From Octopus bimaculoides (taxonomy: Eukaryota): 64,000 bases of DNA. The translations under genes and the position numbers were made by a program. The notes under the pieces are model-generated. The model was not told the DNA's origin. It made no database searches and was given only the letters and a program-made list of their open reading frames with translations. Each line of letters begins with the position of its first letter. Position 1 is the stretch's first letter. This document shows positions 22,723 through 37,947 of the stretch, in pieces. Where the stretch lies: contig NC_068987.1 of NCBI RefSeq assembly GCF_001194135.2, positions 3,881,993-3,945,992 of the forward strand, given 5' to 3'.

Positions 22723-24534
22723 CCCTGGCGTTAGTTTCTAGTTTATTCATTGAATCAATAAAGAGGTATGTTGTTAGGTTAAGCATTAAAACATTAGTCG
22801 CAGTAACCTATCCCTATTCGCTCCGAAGTAGGTAAAGGAAATCCTATCAGATAATATTCGACAGCGCTGTCTAAGGTAAATTGTCCCCAGAATAACGGAC
22901 ACACGTCTATAATACTATCCATCATTCTGAAGTGCTATGTGGTTTCATTATCGTGTTAGCGTGGTGTATGGATTATTGCTGAATAGCACTAACATGCGTC
23001 ATTAATTTCTCAAAGTGTTTAATAGATTCTACTCGAAAATTGGTCGTTATAAACAAAGGCATTGTTTATATTTGTAACTCAACCGTTTATAGAATAAGTA
23101 TACGTACGTGTGTGTTTGTGTCTTTAGCCATTTACTTGTTTCAGTTATTCGACTGTGGCCACGCTGGGGCATCTCGTTGAGCCTGTTTTAGTCGTACAAA
23201 TCGACCCCCTACCGGTCACTATTGCCGAATCGCTAAATTACGGGGACGTAAATAAACCAACACCGATTTGTCATGAGGTGGTGGGCAAAGAAACACACAC
23301 ACATACATACGACGGGCTTCCACATAGTTTCTGTCTGTGAATGAATTTAGTAGACAGAGTATTGGTCGACTGGGGACTGTAGTAGAAGATACTTACCTAT
23401 GGTGCTGCGTGCTGGGACTGAACCCAGAACCACATGGTTGCAAAGTGAGCTTCTTAACTATACAGCCATGCCTGTGCCTATCCATAACCACACAACCGTA
23501 TATGTATGTATGTATCTGTGTGTATGAGACGGTCTGTAGCTTGCTGGTTAGTGTGTTAGCCTTATGATTGTGAGGTCATGGGTTCAATTCCTAGACCAAG
23601 CAGTGTCTTCCTTGAGCAAGGCACTTTATTTCATGTTGCTGAAAATGAGTACCAGCTTAGTGTTGGTGCAGCCATCCTTCCTTCCAGCTGTCTTATTCTG
23701 GTTATTCTACTGGCTTCAAGGCAGTTGAGATGTCTGCCTTCTTGCGATTACAAAGGCACCTAAAATAATTAGAAAAAGCATGGCACATTACCAAGTTTAT
23801 TCAGTTGCAAGTTAAGGCTGTGGAATAATATTTATATCGAGGGAGAGAAGGGCCTGCTTTGATGTACTTTACCAGAATTTTTTGACTTGGGTCCAAAAAG
23901 CACCCAGTACACTCTGTTAGTTAGTGTTAGAAAGGGCATCCAGCTGTAGAAACCATGCCAAAGCAGTCAAAGGAGCCTGGTGCAGCTCCCAGCCTTTCCA
24001 GCTCTTGTCAAACTGTCTGTCCCATGTCAATATGGAAATTGGATGTTAAATGATGATGATGGATCCAGTAAAACATGCCACTCCTAACTTCTTGTTATAT
24101 TAATCATGTAATTGAAGCCAAGGACTTGGTAGATTAATATGGAATGGAATCAATATATGTCATAAAGACAAAAAAACAGATGTTGATATTTTGAATGCAT
24201 CTAATATACATGTTTCAAGTAATTGTGTAAGAGAGCACTTATGTAATATTCTCCTCAGTTGAAACATAACATTTGTCTGATTGGCCTCTAGAGAACCTAC
24301 CTACTAGCAAAGATGAAAAGGGAAGGTAGATACGGGAATTAGCTAGGGAGGGTCTTTCTGCCAATGTTAAATAAACACACACACTGGTGCATGTGTTATT
24401 CATATTGGTGTAATGATGCTCCCTAGACACCGAGATTTGTTTCAACACATGAATTCACATAAAGGATCTTGCAAGCCAAATACAAAGACAATCAAGACCA
24501 GAAATCTTTGAAAGAACCACAGATAAATCCTTTC

Positions 24535-24740
24535 TACTAAAGGCACAAGGCCTGAAATTTTGGGGGTGGGGATGAGTTAATTAGATTGACCCCAGTGTGT
24601 AACTGGTACTTAATTTATCGACCTCGAAAAGATGAAAGGCAAAGTTAACCTCGGTGGAATTTGAACTCAGATTGTAGTGATGGGCGAAATACCACTAAGC
24701 ATTTCGTCCAGCGTGCTAATGATTCTGCCAACTTGCTGCC
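24535..24740 (-). mobile_element. Additional SINE family (tggcagaatcattagcacg head; gcctttcatc...gtcgataaattaagtaccag core)
   Basis: Related copies at about 41490-41690(-), 41770-41955(-), 60960-61150(-), with fragments at 18560-18650 and 53035-53140. Confidence 0.7.
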
Positions 24741-26036
24741 TTGAAAGGATCACAGATAAATGAGAGATAGAGACATCACCATGCAAAATCAGACCCCTAC
24801 ATGTGCTGGTACTCTCTATTTTTTCTGTATACATGTGAATCTGTTTCTTCAGTGATGCAGGGAATAATACTGGAAATAAGATGCTATTATAACATCTTTG
24901 GCATCTTTTTATCTTTTACTAGTTTGTTATTAGACAGTGGCCATGCTGGGGCACCACCTTAAAGAATTTTACTTGAACAAATTGACCCCAATACTTATGT
25001 ATTTTTTAAAGTCAGGTACTTATTCTTTTGGTCTCTTTTGCCAAACTGCTAAGTTATTGGAATAAAACAACTCTAGTTGCCAAGTGGTGGTGGTGCAAAC
25101 ACATACATGAAAACATACAGACACACACACATGTGTATGTGTGTGTATGTACATGACAAAGGACTGGTAGTTGCAGCGATTTGCTGTACTTGAGAAGACA
25201 CGTCATCCATACATACAGGCTTGTCCTTTACGGGTGCCAGTGCCACATAAAATACACCCGTGTAGGTGATGTGTAAACACAACCATGCCGGTGGCACGTA
25301 AAAAAGGACCCAGCACATTCTGTAAAGTGATTGGCATCAGGAAAGGCATCTAGCTATAGAAACCATGCCAGAACGGACAAGCATAATCTGGACAGCTCCT
25401 GTCATACCATCCAACCCATACCAGCATGGAAAAGGGACATTAAATGATGATGAGTGCATATGTATGTATATCATCATCATCATTTAACGTCTGTTTTTCA
25501 TGCTAGCATGGGTTGGACAGTTTGATTGAGGACTGGCAAGCCAGGAGGTAGCACCAGGCTCCTATCTGATTTGGCAGAGTTTCTACAGCTGGATGCCCTT
25601 CCTAACGCCAACTACTCTGAGAGTGTAGTGGGTACTTTTTACGTGCCACCAGCACGGGCCAGAGGAGCTGGCATTAACCACGATCAAATGGTGCTTTTTA
25701 TGTGCCACCGACACGGAAGTTAGTCAAGGTGGCACTGGCATCGGCCACGTTAAGATGGTGCTTTTTACATGCCACCAGCATGGGGTCACAATTACAATTT
25801 CCATTTGACTGTAATTTGATTTGATTTGATTTTGATATTGATATGGCATGTTGCCCTATGATCCAAGGTACTTTTGAATGGGCTGGGGCTGGTTATGTGA
25901 CACTGGTGTAAGTTACAGCTGTGAACTCACTTTATTTGCAGGTCTTCACAGTCACAACATACCTCCAGAGATTTCGGTCTTTTGTCATTGCTTCTGTGAG
26001 GCCCAACGTTCAAAAGTCATGCTTCACCACCTCATC

Positions 26037-26085
<49 letters not shown>

Positions 26086-27290
26086 TCAGGCTTCTACACA
26101 GTTTCCATTCAACAAATTCACCGACAAAGTGTGAATCAGTCTGAGGCTATAATAGACGACACTTATGCAAGGCAGTGCCACTAAATCCGAAACCACTTGT
26201 CTGCAAAGTGATCTTGTTAAACACACAGCTGCATATTTTATTTATATTACATCTCAGATTTATTTTCTATCTTTTACTTGTTTCCGTCATTAGACTGGCC
26301 ATGCTACAGCACCGCTTTGAACAATATTTAGTTGAATGAATCAACCCTAGTACTTGGGTTTTTTTTAAAGCCTGGTATTTATTCAGTTAGTTGCTTTTGC
26401 CAAACTACTAAGTAACAGGGACATTTAAACCAGTTGTTAAGCAGTGATGACTAAACACAGTGGGACTGAACCTGGAACCGTGTGGTTGGGAAGTAAACGT
26501 CTTACCCACAGCCACGTTGGTGCAGGTTCATAAAAACCATTCTATATTACATTGTCCCTTCATGAATACCTTCTCATGACTTCGAAGACCAATTCTGTGT
26601 AAGTGAAGAAATAGGAGAATGTGATAGTATGGTAAAATCCAGTAGCCTTGTAGAGCCCATTCTTTGAGGAACCATGAAGGTGGGAGGAGGTAGAGGAAAG
26701 GATTCAAGGAATGGACAAGTAAATCATTAGTAGAAACCGGAGCGCTGGCCCACAACCACAAATAAGCGAGGGTTGTACATTGCTCCCATGACCCCTTCAG
26801 AAGATACATGAGGTGCGTTCAAAAAATATCTGACTTTTTTTCCTGCCAAAACTAATGCTGCACAGGCAAAACCTTTTGGGTAGGAAGTGATGCCATTCTT
26901 CCTGTGCCTGCATGAAAATTTTCACACTGGTAAGCCATGTCAGTTCCTGGCTGTTATGCCTAGAGTACAGATGTATAGTGCACACTCAGATTTTTCAAGT
27001 GCAGGTGCCATTTAAAATGCATCCAGTCGACATTGAAAAATGGTTGGCGTTTGGAAAGGCATCCAGCTGTAAAAACCTTGCCAAAACTGACCTCGCCTGT
27101 GTTTGTGCCATGTAAAAAGCATGAAGTCCACTCTGCTGAGTGGTGGGTGTCAGGAAGGGCATCCAGCTGTAAAAATCCTGCCAAAACAGTCACAGAAGTC
27201 TGGTGCAGGCTTCTGCCTGGCTGGCTCCTGTCAAACCATCACACCCATGCCAGCATGGAAGGTGGACGTTAAACAATGATGATGATGATG

Positions 27291-27330
<40 letters not shown>

Positions 27331-27817
27331 ATGTATATATATACANNNNNNNNNNNNNNNNNNNNNNNNNNNNNNNNNNNNNNNNNNNNNNNNNNNNNNN
27401 NNNNNNNNNNNNNNNNNNNNNNNNNNNNNNNNNNNNNNNNNNNNNNNNNNNNNNNNNNNNNNNNNNNNNNNNNNNNNNNNNNNNNNNNNNNNNNNGGAAA
27501 TAGCCCTGAAACTCGAGTCGTCTTTATATATTTATATTTATATATTTGATCCTTTATATTGAACACTCAATATTTCATCTACATTCAATACTTTATTTCA
27601 TGGTGCCATCCATTTTTATTTTATTTTATTTTATATTATATATTGTATATTATATTATATATTGTATATTCCATATTCTATACCCCACATTGGTTCTGCA
27701 GGAATATAAATAAAACATAAAAAACAGACAGTGTTGGAACTCTTTTAAACAAAATAATATATTCCTCTATACACAATCATACAACCCCCCCCCTTTTTTG
27801 TATTTATTTTTACTCGC

Positions 27818-27849
<32 letters not shown>

Positions 27850-28175
27850 GTGTGTGTGTATGTATGTGGATATGTATCTATCTGTAACTACACGTGCTGT
27901 TGGTGATATTTTTTTTCCTCTGGACCATTTCGTTTTCCTTTATGCTTGAAACCTCAAAAATTCTCTCTTTTTATTGAGTGTTAAACTAATACATTCCACG
28001 TGCACATCCTCTTGATTTGTTATAGCTATGCTTAATGTTCGATTATTCAATTTGACTTGGAGTCTGGTGTAGCCATCTGGTCAAATCGTCCAACCAATGC
28101 TAGCATGGAAAGCAGACATTAAATGATGGTGATGTCTGACCCATGCCAGCATGGAAAATGGACATTGAATGATGA

Positions 28176-28216
<41 letters not shown>

Positions 28217-29093
28217 NNNNNNNNNNNNNNNNNNNNNNNNNNNNNNNNNNNNNNNNNNNNNNNNNNNNNNNNNNNNNNNNNNNNNNNNNNNNNNNNNNNN
28301 NNNNNNNNNNNNNNNNNNNNNNNNNNNNNNNNNNNNNNNNNNNNNNNNNNNNNNNNNNNNNNNNNNNNNNNNNNNNNNNNNNNNNNNNNNNNNNNNNNNN
28401 NNNNNNNNNNNNNNNNNNNNNNNNNNNNNNNNNNNNNNNNNNNNNNNNNNNNNNNNNNNNNNNNNNNNNNNNNNNNNNNNNNNNNNNNNNNNNNNNNNNN
28501 NNNNNNNNNNNNNNNNNNNNNNNNNNNNNNNNNNNNNNNNNNNNNNNNNNNNNNNNNNNNNNNNNNNNNNNNNNNNNNNNNNNNNNNNNNNNNNNNNNNN
28601 NNNNNNNNNNNNNNNNNNNNNNNNNNNNNNNNNNNNNNNNNNNNNNNNNNNNNNNNNNNNNNNNNNNNNNNNNNNNNNNNNNNNNNNNNNNNNNNNNNNN
28701 NNNNNNNNNNNNNNNNNNNNNNNNNNNNNNNNNNNNNNNNNNNNNNNNNNNNNNNNNNNNNNNNNNNNNNNNNNNNNNNNNNNNNNNNNNNNNNNNNNNN
28801 NNNNNNNNNNNNNNNNNNNNNNNNNNNNNNNNNNNNNNNNNNNNNNNNNNNNNNNNNNNNNNNNNNNNNNNNNNNNNNNNNNNNNNNNNNNNNNNNNNNN
28901 NNNNNNNNNNNNNNNNNNNNNNNNNNNNNNNNNNNNNNNNNNNNNNNNNNNNNNNNNNNNNNNNNNNNNNNNNNNNNNNNNNNNNNNNNNNNNNNNNNNN
29001 NNNNNNNNNNNNNNNNNNNNNNNNNNNNNNNNNNNNNNNNNNNNNNNNNNNNNNNNNNNNNNNNNNNNNNNNNNNNNNNNNNNNNNNNNNNNN

Positions 29094-29134
<41 letters not shown>

Positions 29135-30850
29135 CATATACACACACACACACACATATATGCATGTGTGTGTGTGTGTATATGAGAGAGAGAGAGAGAA
29201 GGAGGGAGTTCCTGCTTTATCTAGACTTGTGTCCGTCCACTTGTGTCTTCCTGTTTATACAGATGATGCCGGTCGCTTGCAGTCAGCCACGTAAGCATGT
29301 CCAGCTCTTGTAGCATGTATTGACTTGTTGTGTGATCATTCTAAATAAAAGGTTCACTGAAACAGTGTCTTTCGTTTCCTCGATTGCCACATGTCTGTCC
29401 AGTTGTTCAATCGACTGGGTAGGTACGACGGAGATGTTCAGAAATGTGATGGTTGGCATCATAAATATTTATTGGATCAAACTGGCAGGTGGTTTTCATA
29501 CCTTTTCATGCTCATATACTCAAGCTTCTCTGTATTGAGAAATAGACTGACTTTGGCTGTAATATTCTCAACAGATGTTAATAGTCCTGTTGATGAAATG
29601 TCAGGGAAAGATCGTTACCAGAGTGACATAGTCTCTGCTGGTGTCTTGAATACTTCTGCTTGATGGCGACGCCTTTTTGTTGGGTGACATCAAGCCTTCA
29701 TCTAAAGATGTAGTCCTATACAGTGACAAAGAAAAGAGGAGATGGGTTGTCTCCTTGAAGGATCCCTGCTGCTGTTGGAAACTCTTTAGCTGGTGCCACA
29801 TAAGAAGCACCTGTGCTGTTATCACGTAAAAAGCATCCAGTACACTCTGTAAAGTGGTTGGCATTAGGAACGGCATCCAGCTGTAGAAACGATGCCGAAA
29901 CAGACAGTTGGAGTCTGGTGCAGCCCTCCTGTTAGCCAGCTTTTGTCAAATTGTCCGACTCGTGTCAGTATGACAAACAGACATTGCATGATGATACAAG
30001 AGTCATCAGACAAATTTTTGGAAGCTTTAAAACTTGGTGCTGATTTTTCTTCACTGTCCAACACCTTGGGCATGTTTCTTCTACTACAACCCCAGGCCAG
30101 AAAAAAAAAACCTTGTAAGTGGATTTGGTTGACAGAAACTGAAAGAAGCCCATCATACATGTGTATTTGTATATTTGTACATATCCTTAATTTGATATTG
30201 TGTAATTTAATACAAATGATGTCATTCACCAGTCTACTAGAAAGAATAAAAGTTTTACATTTAAAAGTCACTCTTTCTGGTTTCTTCAAATTTTCCTACA
30301 AACTTTTAGCTTTTGACCATCATATGTGTTTTGGACTGATCTGCAGAGGGCAAGTTGCTTTGAGTCTTGGATTCAGAATTCTTAGGAAGTAGCCATCTTT
30401 TGCTTTGTAGTTGATAATTTTCGTTTTTAGAAAAATGGTAATATTTTGAATTTTCCATTTGCACAAATGTTTGGATGTTCACTATATGGAGCATTTATAA
30501 GAGACGAATCTTTAATTTGTTGCTTATTTACTCTAACGTGGTATATAAATTTTGATCCTGTTAGGCTGATATAATTCTCATAGAAATTTCAACAGTTTAT
30601 ATTTGCCTAAATGATACCTTCTAATTTTACTTAAAAAATAACAAAATCTCAGAACAATAACAAGATGATAGAATGAAGAGGCTTTAATCACAAATCACAA
30701 CAATTGTTTCTGTGCATTGATAACAGCTGTTAACTGCTGAGTTTTCCATATCATACTTTTACATGAAATATTATATAAATAATTATATAAATAAATATGA
30801 TCCAGCAATAGTTGTGTAACCACACATCATTAGGTGAGTGGCTTTGAGAG

Positions 30851-30882
<32 letters not shown>

Positions 30883-30892
30883 NNNNNNNNNN

Positions 30893-31195
30893 CCTAGAAA
30901 GTTACCCTCAGAGGCACAAGTCTGGGCAAGGTTGTTTGTGGAAGGCCAGCAGTTGCACATGCATACCAGACTCCCTTTTCCACACCACTGATGTTATCCA
31001 AGGGAAAGGCAAAGGGGCCGATACAGCTTGGCACCAGTGATGTTGCAACTCATTTCTACAGCTGAGTTAATTGGAGCAGCGTGAAATAAAGTGTCTTGCT
31101 CAAGAACACAACACGCAGCCCGGTCTGGGATTCAAACTCACAACCTCAAGACCGTAAACTCAATGCTCTAACCACTGAGCCATGCGCCTTCACAC
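30893..31195 (-). mobile_element. Additional SINE family (ttcttgagcaagacactttatttcacg core)
   Basis: Minus-strand head ggcgcatggctcagtggttagagc...gagtttgaatccc with A/B boxes; related pieces at about 23533-23645, 43385-43640, 48195-48320 and 61960-62030. Confidence 0.7.
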
Positions 31196-34100
31196 ACACA
31201 CATATATGAGAATGGAATAAGCAGATCAATAGCACACATGAAGACGGAAAGTGCCACTGAAGAGGCACGTTAATTTCAATGGGGAAAATTGATTTGTAAA
31301 ACAAGTAAATCTTCAGACAAGCTTGGTCATGGAATGAATTAAACTTGTACTGCGAGGTATCACTGCATTTATTTTGTTATAAATACAAAACAACACCACA
31401 GGGGAATTGACGTAGGCTTAAATAATGAACCGCAATATAGCAAGGGATTACTGTAATATCCATGTCCACTTCTTCATCAGATGCGTCATGCAGAAATATT
31501 TTTTTCCCTTTCACCGTTTGTGGCTTTTCTCTTCTGTGATGTCTTCTTTTTACTTCATTGAACAAGTTTCTGTGAATCTTGATATGGCCCCTGTGCCAGT
31601 GGCACATAAAAAACACTATCCAAATGTGATCGATGCCAGGCCCACCTGACTGGCTCCTGTGCTGGTGGCATGTAAAAAGCATTATCCGAACGTGATCAAT
31701 GCCAGAACCCCCTGACTGGCTTCCATGCCGGTGGCACATAAAAAGCACCCACTACACTCTCAGAGTGGTTGGCGTTAAGAAGGGCATCCAGCTGTAGAAG
31801 CATTGTAAAAATCAGATTGGAGATTGGTGCAGCTGCTGGCTCACCAGACCTCAGTCAAACCGTCCAACCCATGGAAAATGGACGTTAAACATTGATGATG
31901 ATGATGATATATATATATATATATTCTCTTTTACTTGTTTCAGTCTTTTAACTGCGGCCATGCTGGAGCACCGCCTTTAGTCGAGCAAATCGACCCCAGG
32001 ACTTNNNNNNNNNNNNNNNNNNNNNNNNNNNNNNNNNNNNNNNNNNNNNNNNNNNNNNNNNNNNNNNNNNNNNNNNNNNNNNNNNNNNNNNNNNNNNNNN
32101 NNNNNNNNNNNNNNNNNNNNNNNNNNNNNNNNNNNNNNNNNNNNNNNNNNNNNNNNNNNNNNNNNNNNNNNNNNNNNNNNNNNNNNNNNNNNNNNNNNNN
32201 NNNNNNNNNNNNNNNNNNNNNNNNNNNNNNNNNNNNNNNNNNNNNNNNNNNNNNNNNNNNNNNNNNNNNNNNNNNNNNNNNNNNNNNNNNNNNNNNNNNN
32301 NNNNNNNNNNNNNNNNNNNNNNNNNNNNNNNNNNNNNNNNNNNNNNNNNNNNNNNNNNNNNNNNNNNNNNNNNNNNNNNNNNNNNNNNNNNNNNNNNNNN
32401 NNNNNNNNNNNNNNNNNNNNNNNNNNNNNNNNNNNNNNNNNNNNNNNNNNNNNNNNNNNNNNNNNNNNNNNNNNNNNNNNNNTATATATATATATATATA
32501 TATATATATTCATATCTGAATATCTAGTATTTTTATATAGGTGTGTATTTGTATAAACCACCCCCACACACAATTTGTTTTTACTACCGTTTTTCTCTGC
32601 TGGTATGGGTTGGATGATTAATGTCATTGGATCATTTGTTTCACTGTGAGATACACTTCCTGATGCTACCTGTTTTTCAAATAAGGAAATTCTCATTCCA
32701 CGTGGCCTAGAGGACACAAAGCGAGTTGGCAATTATTGACGGACAGGAGGAGTGCCGACAAGAGCATCGCATAAATGTTGACTGCTGCATAACTGAGTGG
32801 CAGATGTAAACAGACAGACACACATGCGTGCACACACTTACTCACATGGTGGCCTGTTGCTGTGTCCATCAACTGAATCTGCTTACAAGTGTTTAGTTGG
32901 CTATGTGATATAGTAGAAAATACCTGCCCATGGTACCCTGCAGTAGGACTGTACCAACAGCCACCGTGGTTTGGAAGTAGACTTCTCAAACACACAACCA
33001 TATACAATCATGTGGTTGCAAAACAAGCTTTTTAACCCCCCCCCCCCGATGCCTATGCTTTTATATGCACCACAATTTTGTCAGTGAACAGGTCGCAGTC
33101 TCAAAGCGACGAAAATATTTTGACAAATTAAATTTAAATGTTGAATTGAATCTGACGGCTTTTGTGTGTTATTTTAAATGGTTTATAAACACCTTCCACG
33201 CTGCAATTGTTTTCGTTCCAGCACACGATCTCAGATCAGGTCACTTGCTATGCAAGTNNNNNNNNNNNNNNNNNNNNNNNNNNNNNNNNNNNNNNNNNNN
33301 NNNNNNNNNNNNNNNNNNNNNNNNNNNNNNNNNNNNNNNNNNNNNNNNNNNNNNNNNNNNNNNNNNNNNNNNNNNNNNNNNNNNNNNNNNNNNNNNNNNN
33401 NNNNNNNNNNNNNNNNNNNNNNNNNNNNNNNNNNNNNNNNNNNNNNNNNNNNNNNNNNNNNNNNNNNNNNNNNNNNNNNNNNNNNNNNNNNNNNNNNNNN
33501 NNNNNNNNNNNNNNNNNNNNNNNNNNNNNNNNNNNNNNNNNNNNNNNNNNNNNNNNNNNNNNNNNNNNNNNNNNNNNNNNNNNNNNNNNNNNNNNNNNNN
33601 NNNNNNNNNNNNNNNNNNNNNNNNNNNNNNNNNNNNNNNNNNNNNNNNNNNNNNNNNNNNNNNNNNNNNNNNNNNNNNNNNNNNNNNNNNNNNNNNNNNN
33701 NNNNNNNNNNNNNNNNNNNNNNNNNNNNNNNNNNNNNNNNNNNNNNNNNNNNNNNNNNNNNNNNNNNNNNNNNNNNNNNNNNNNNNNNNNNNNNNNNNNN
33801 NNNNNNNNNNNNNNNNNNNNNNNNNNNNNNNNNNNNNNNNNNNNNNNNNNNNNNNNNNNNNNNNNNNNNNNNNNNNNNNNNNNNNNNNNNNNNNNNNNNN
33901 NNNNNNNNNNNNNNNNNNNNNNNNNNNNNNNNNNNNNNNNNNNNNNNNNNNNNNNNNNNNNNNNNNNNNNNNNNNNNNNNNNNNNNNNNNNNNNNNNNNN
34001 NNNNNNNNNNNNNNNNNNNNNNNNNNNNNNNNNNNNNNNNNNNNNNNNNNNNNNNNNNNNNNNNNNNNNNNNNNNNNNNNNNNNNNNNNNNNNNNNNNNN

Positions 34101-35083
34101 NNNNNNNNNNNNNNNNNNNNNNNNNNNNNNNNNNNNNNNNNNNNNNNNNNNNNNNNNNNNNNNNNNNNNNNNNNNNNNNNNNNNNNNNNNNNNNNTTAGT
34201 GCTTTAGATATACACACATGCGCACACACACACACACACACACACACGTTTTCCTCTGGATATCAACAATCTCTTATCGTGCATTGAGAATATCTGCCTC
34301 AAAGCTTCCTTCTCTGACAATTAATTATTCTCAACCACATCTCTGTTCATATCTCTTGCTAACTTCTCATATTCTCTCTCTCTTGTTTTGAAGCCAAATT
34401 TTTTTTTTTTTTGTTGCTGTGCAACACATATTGGTTATACACCAAACCCATTGAGTATATACTGGCTCCCTGGTTCCTCAAACTGTTTTACTTCATGCTA
34501 ATGTAATTGTAATTTGATCATCATCATTGTCATTTAGTGTCCCCTTTTCCATGCTGGCATGGGTTAGATCAGCATTTTACGTGCCACTGGCATGGTTGCC
34601 AGTTACGTAACACCAGCATCAGCCATGACTACAATCTCACTTGGCTTGACAGGTCTTCTCAAACATGGTATATCGCCAAAAGAAAATTAAGAGAAAAGGT
34701 TGCTTATTTTTCAGCTCTATATGAATAGGGCTATATGGTTAATGGGTTAAACAATAGCTCAGCAGTAATGGGCAAGGATAGGTAGTTGTGCTTTGTCATC
34801 CCTTGAAATTTCTTTGTTATTCTTGGAATAAAATAGGGGACAAAAAAACAGCAACACATTTTAGTGATATAGTGTGTATGTGAAGAATGGCAAAATGCAA
34901 GAAAGGGGCCATCAGAGAATCCCAGAATTAAACAAATCATGATTTATATTTCCATTTAGTTGCAGCCAGCAGTAGCAGCAGGCTGGAAGCATACATTAGT
35001 AGGGAATATATTTTGAAGGAACAAAAAAGAAGAAATTCTAATTTTTAATTCTTTTGTATGTTTTTTATTAATTTTTTTCTTAG

Positions 35084-35228
35084 GTTGATACAGTATTTAA
35101 TATGCGAAGACCATATGATTTGGTGGCCTTCATGAAACAAGAAGAAAGAGCAGTGATGTTGGATAACTTGAAAAAGGAACTGTTGAGTCGAAAGGATGAA
35201 ATTGATAAAAGTGAAGATCGTGACACTG
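35084..35228 (+). CDS. TTC17: TTC17 internal exon (first visible)
   Basis: ttcttag|GTT...G|gtaggg; 145 nt, phase 0 to 1; VDTVFNMRRPYDLVAFMKQEERAVMLDNLKKELLSRKDEIDKSEDRDT aligns with human VDSPMNLKHPHDLVILMRQE...EENEDRDT. Confidence 0.93.
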
Positions 35229-37947
35229 GTAGGGCTTTCTATATTTTATAAATGGTGTGTGTGCGTTGCCAAGTGTCTTTGCATTGGTACAGCTTAGGAA
35301 ATAGTGGTGATGTTTATGTCATACGAGACAAATCCAGGATGTGGTGGCGGTTGGGTGTGTGTGTGTATGAACATGTGTATCTGCTGTGTATGTATATATT
35401 TATATGTACATGTGTTTGTCATTGTTATAATGATTTTCAGGTTAAAAATTGCTTAAAAATGTTAAGTAGTTCCCTTTTAGAATAAAAACTAATTATATCC
35501 TTACTCCCTAAACAGCTGCTGAGTCACAAATCATCGTCGTCATTATTTAACGTCCACTTTCCATGCTGGCATGGGTTGGACGGTTCGACTGAAAACTGTT
35601 AAGCTGGAGAGCTGCACCAGGCTCCAGTCTGATTTGGCAGGGTTTCTACAGCTGGATGCCCTTCCTAATGCCAACCACTCCAAGAGTGTAGTGGGGTGCT
35701 TTTCATGTGCCAGTTACAAAATGCTGACTTCGGCCACGACTATGATCTCACTCAGCTTGACAGGTCTTATTGAGCATGGTATATTGCCAAAGGTCTTGGT
35801 CACTTCTCACTGTCCTTGTGAGGCCCAAAGTTCAAAGGGTGCTTTTTATGTGCCAGATATATGTGACACTGGCATCGGCCACAACTACTGGCTTGATGGG
35901 TCTTCTCAAGATATATTCTATAATAGACTAGACAAGCCAGAGAAAGGACCTCTGTGTACGCACACAAGCTTTTAGAAATAGCAACCAAATATTCTCCAAA
36001 TTACACTCTACTATCTTGTAAAGAGAGAGACATATTGGACAAAATAAATTTGATGTATAATGCCTGAGAGAACAACAAGTTAATTAGAGCTTGAAAACCG
36101 TTGAACACAGGTGTGCTCATTTGGAGCTGAGCCCTGATCAACAACACAAGATTATTGCTTGTCTATCATATCTGACAAGCTTCCTATAATGAACCACATA
36201 CAGGAGTGTGGTAAACTACTGGATGATCAGTGATACATATTCACTTAAACACTGACCCACATTTGAACTAGATTTCTTTTTGTTTGTTTTTTTTATTTTT
36301 TTACTGTTATTATAACAGCCTTCATTTGTCTTAAATTACTACTAACTCAATCATTCTCACCTAAGCCTACTTCTTGTATCTCATTCTAAACACTTTGATT
36401 TAATCATTCTTTTTCAGACCTTCAACCTCTTGTTATAGTTACCCCTGACTGTTAAAGCTGCTACAGTTTAAAAAAAAAAAGATTTTATCTCTATAACCTC
36501 AGCCTGCCAGTCTGATTTGACAACTTTAAAGAGCCTAAGAAGCCATGTTCTCTGCTTTCTCAGTATTTTATGCACATATTGTGTTTTAAAATCATCCTCT
36601 CTCTCTCTCTGGCCAGGTAACCTTGTCCTTCCTCTACAGCAAGACACCTGTCTCACTATAACCTTTCAGCATCTGACACAAGATCACCTCGTCCAATGTT
36701 CCCTCCCCTCCTCAAAGTTTTTTCATTATGTTTTTGTTTTTGTCTTGCAAGTACTTGGTGACCCTGTCCGTGCCGGTACCACCTAAAAGCACCCGGTCCA
36801 CACTGTAAAGTGGTTGGCATTTGGAAGGGCATCCAGCTGTAAAAACCTTGCCAAAACTGACCTCGCCTGTGCTTGTGCCACGTAAAAAGCACTACTTCCA
36901 CTCTGCTGAGTGGTTGGTGTTAGGAAGGGCATCCAGCCGTAAAAATCCTGCCAAAACAGACACAGGAGTCTGGAGCAGGCTTCTGCCTGGCCGGCTCTTG
37001 TCAAACCATCCCACCCATGCTAGCATGGATGTTAAACGATGATCATCATCATTGTCATCATCATTTAATGTCTGTTCTCCATGCTGGCATGGGTTGGACA
37101 GTTTGACAGGATCCAGCAAGCTACAGGGCTATACAGAGCTCCGGTGTCAGCTTGGCATGGTTTCTTCAATTCAATGTCCATCCTGACATGTACCCAGTGC
37201 GTACTGGGTGCTTTTTCCATACTACTGGTACTAATAAAGTATCCAAGTAACTTACGAGGTAGAAAAAAATAGGGGTAGGGGTGGAATTTTGAGTTTCAAA
37301 GGAACTGTGAACCTCGTAAATTGATTACTTTTATTTTATTAATTAAATATGTAGAAACCGTGCCAGGTCAGATTGGAGCCTGGTGCAGCCCTCTGGCTCA
37401 CCAGTCTTCAGTCAAACCATCCAACCCATGCCAGCATGGAAAGCAGACGTTAAACGATGATGATGATGATGATGATATTATCCTGAAGTAGAATCTAGCC
37501 ATATCGCCTCTCTTTATCTCTCAGGTTTTCAGGTTTTAAAGCTTAGTATTGGAAATGTAACCAAGTAAAGTGTTTTCACTATCTCTCCCCCTCTCCCTCT
37601 CTCTTTCCCTCTCTCTCTCTCTCTCTTTTCCAACTGGGGTAGCCATGATGTATCTTCTCTTCAGCAAGACACCTGTTTCTGTCCCTCTCTCATCACCTGG
37701 CACAAAGCCTCCTCTCTTAACACTGCGTTCCTTATTCTGTCAGGTAAACCATATCATTTCCGTCTAGATTCATGACATGCTGCTTCTTCCTAAATTCATT
37801 ATTTTTTGTTGATAATTTCTGTTTAATGTAAGCAAATTCATCACAAATGTCAACAATGCTAAAACAACATGTGTCTGATATAAGAAAACTAATGTTTATG
37901 CCTGTTTCAACTTTTGTCAATGTTTTATTTCATTTGTGATTTCTTAG

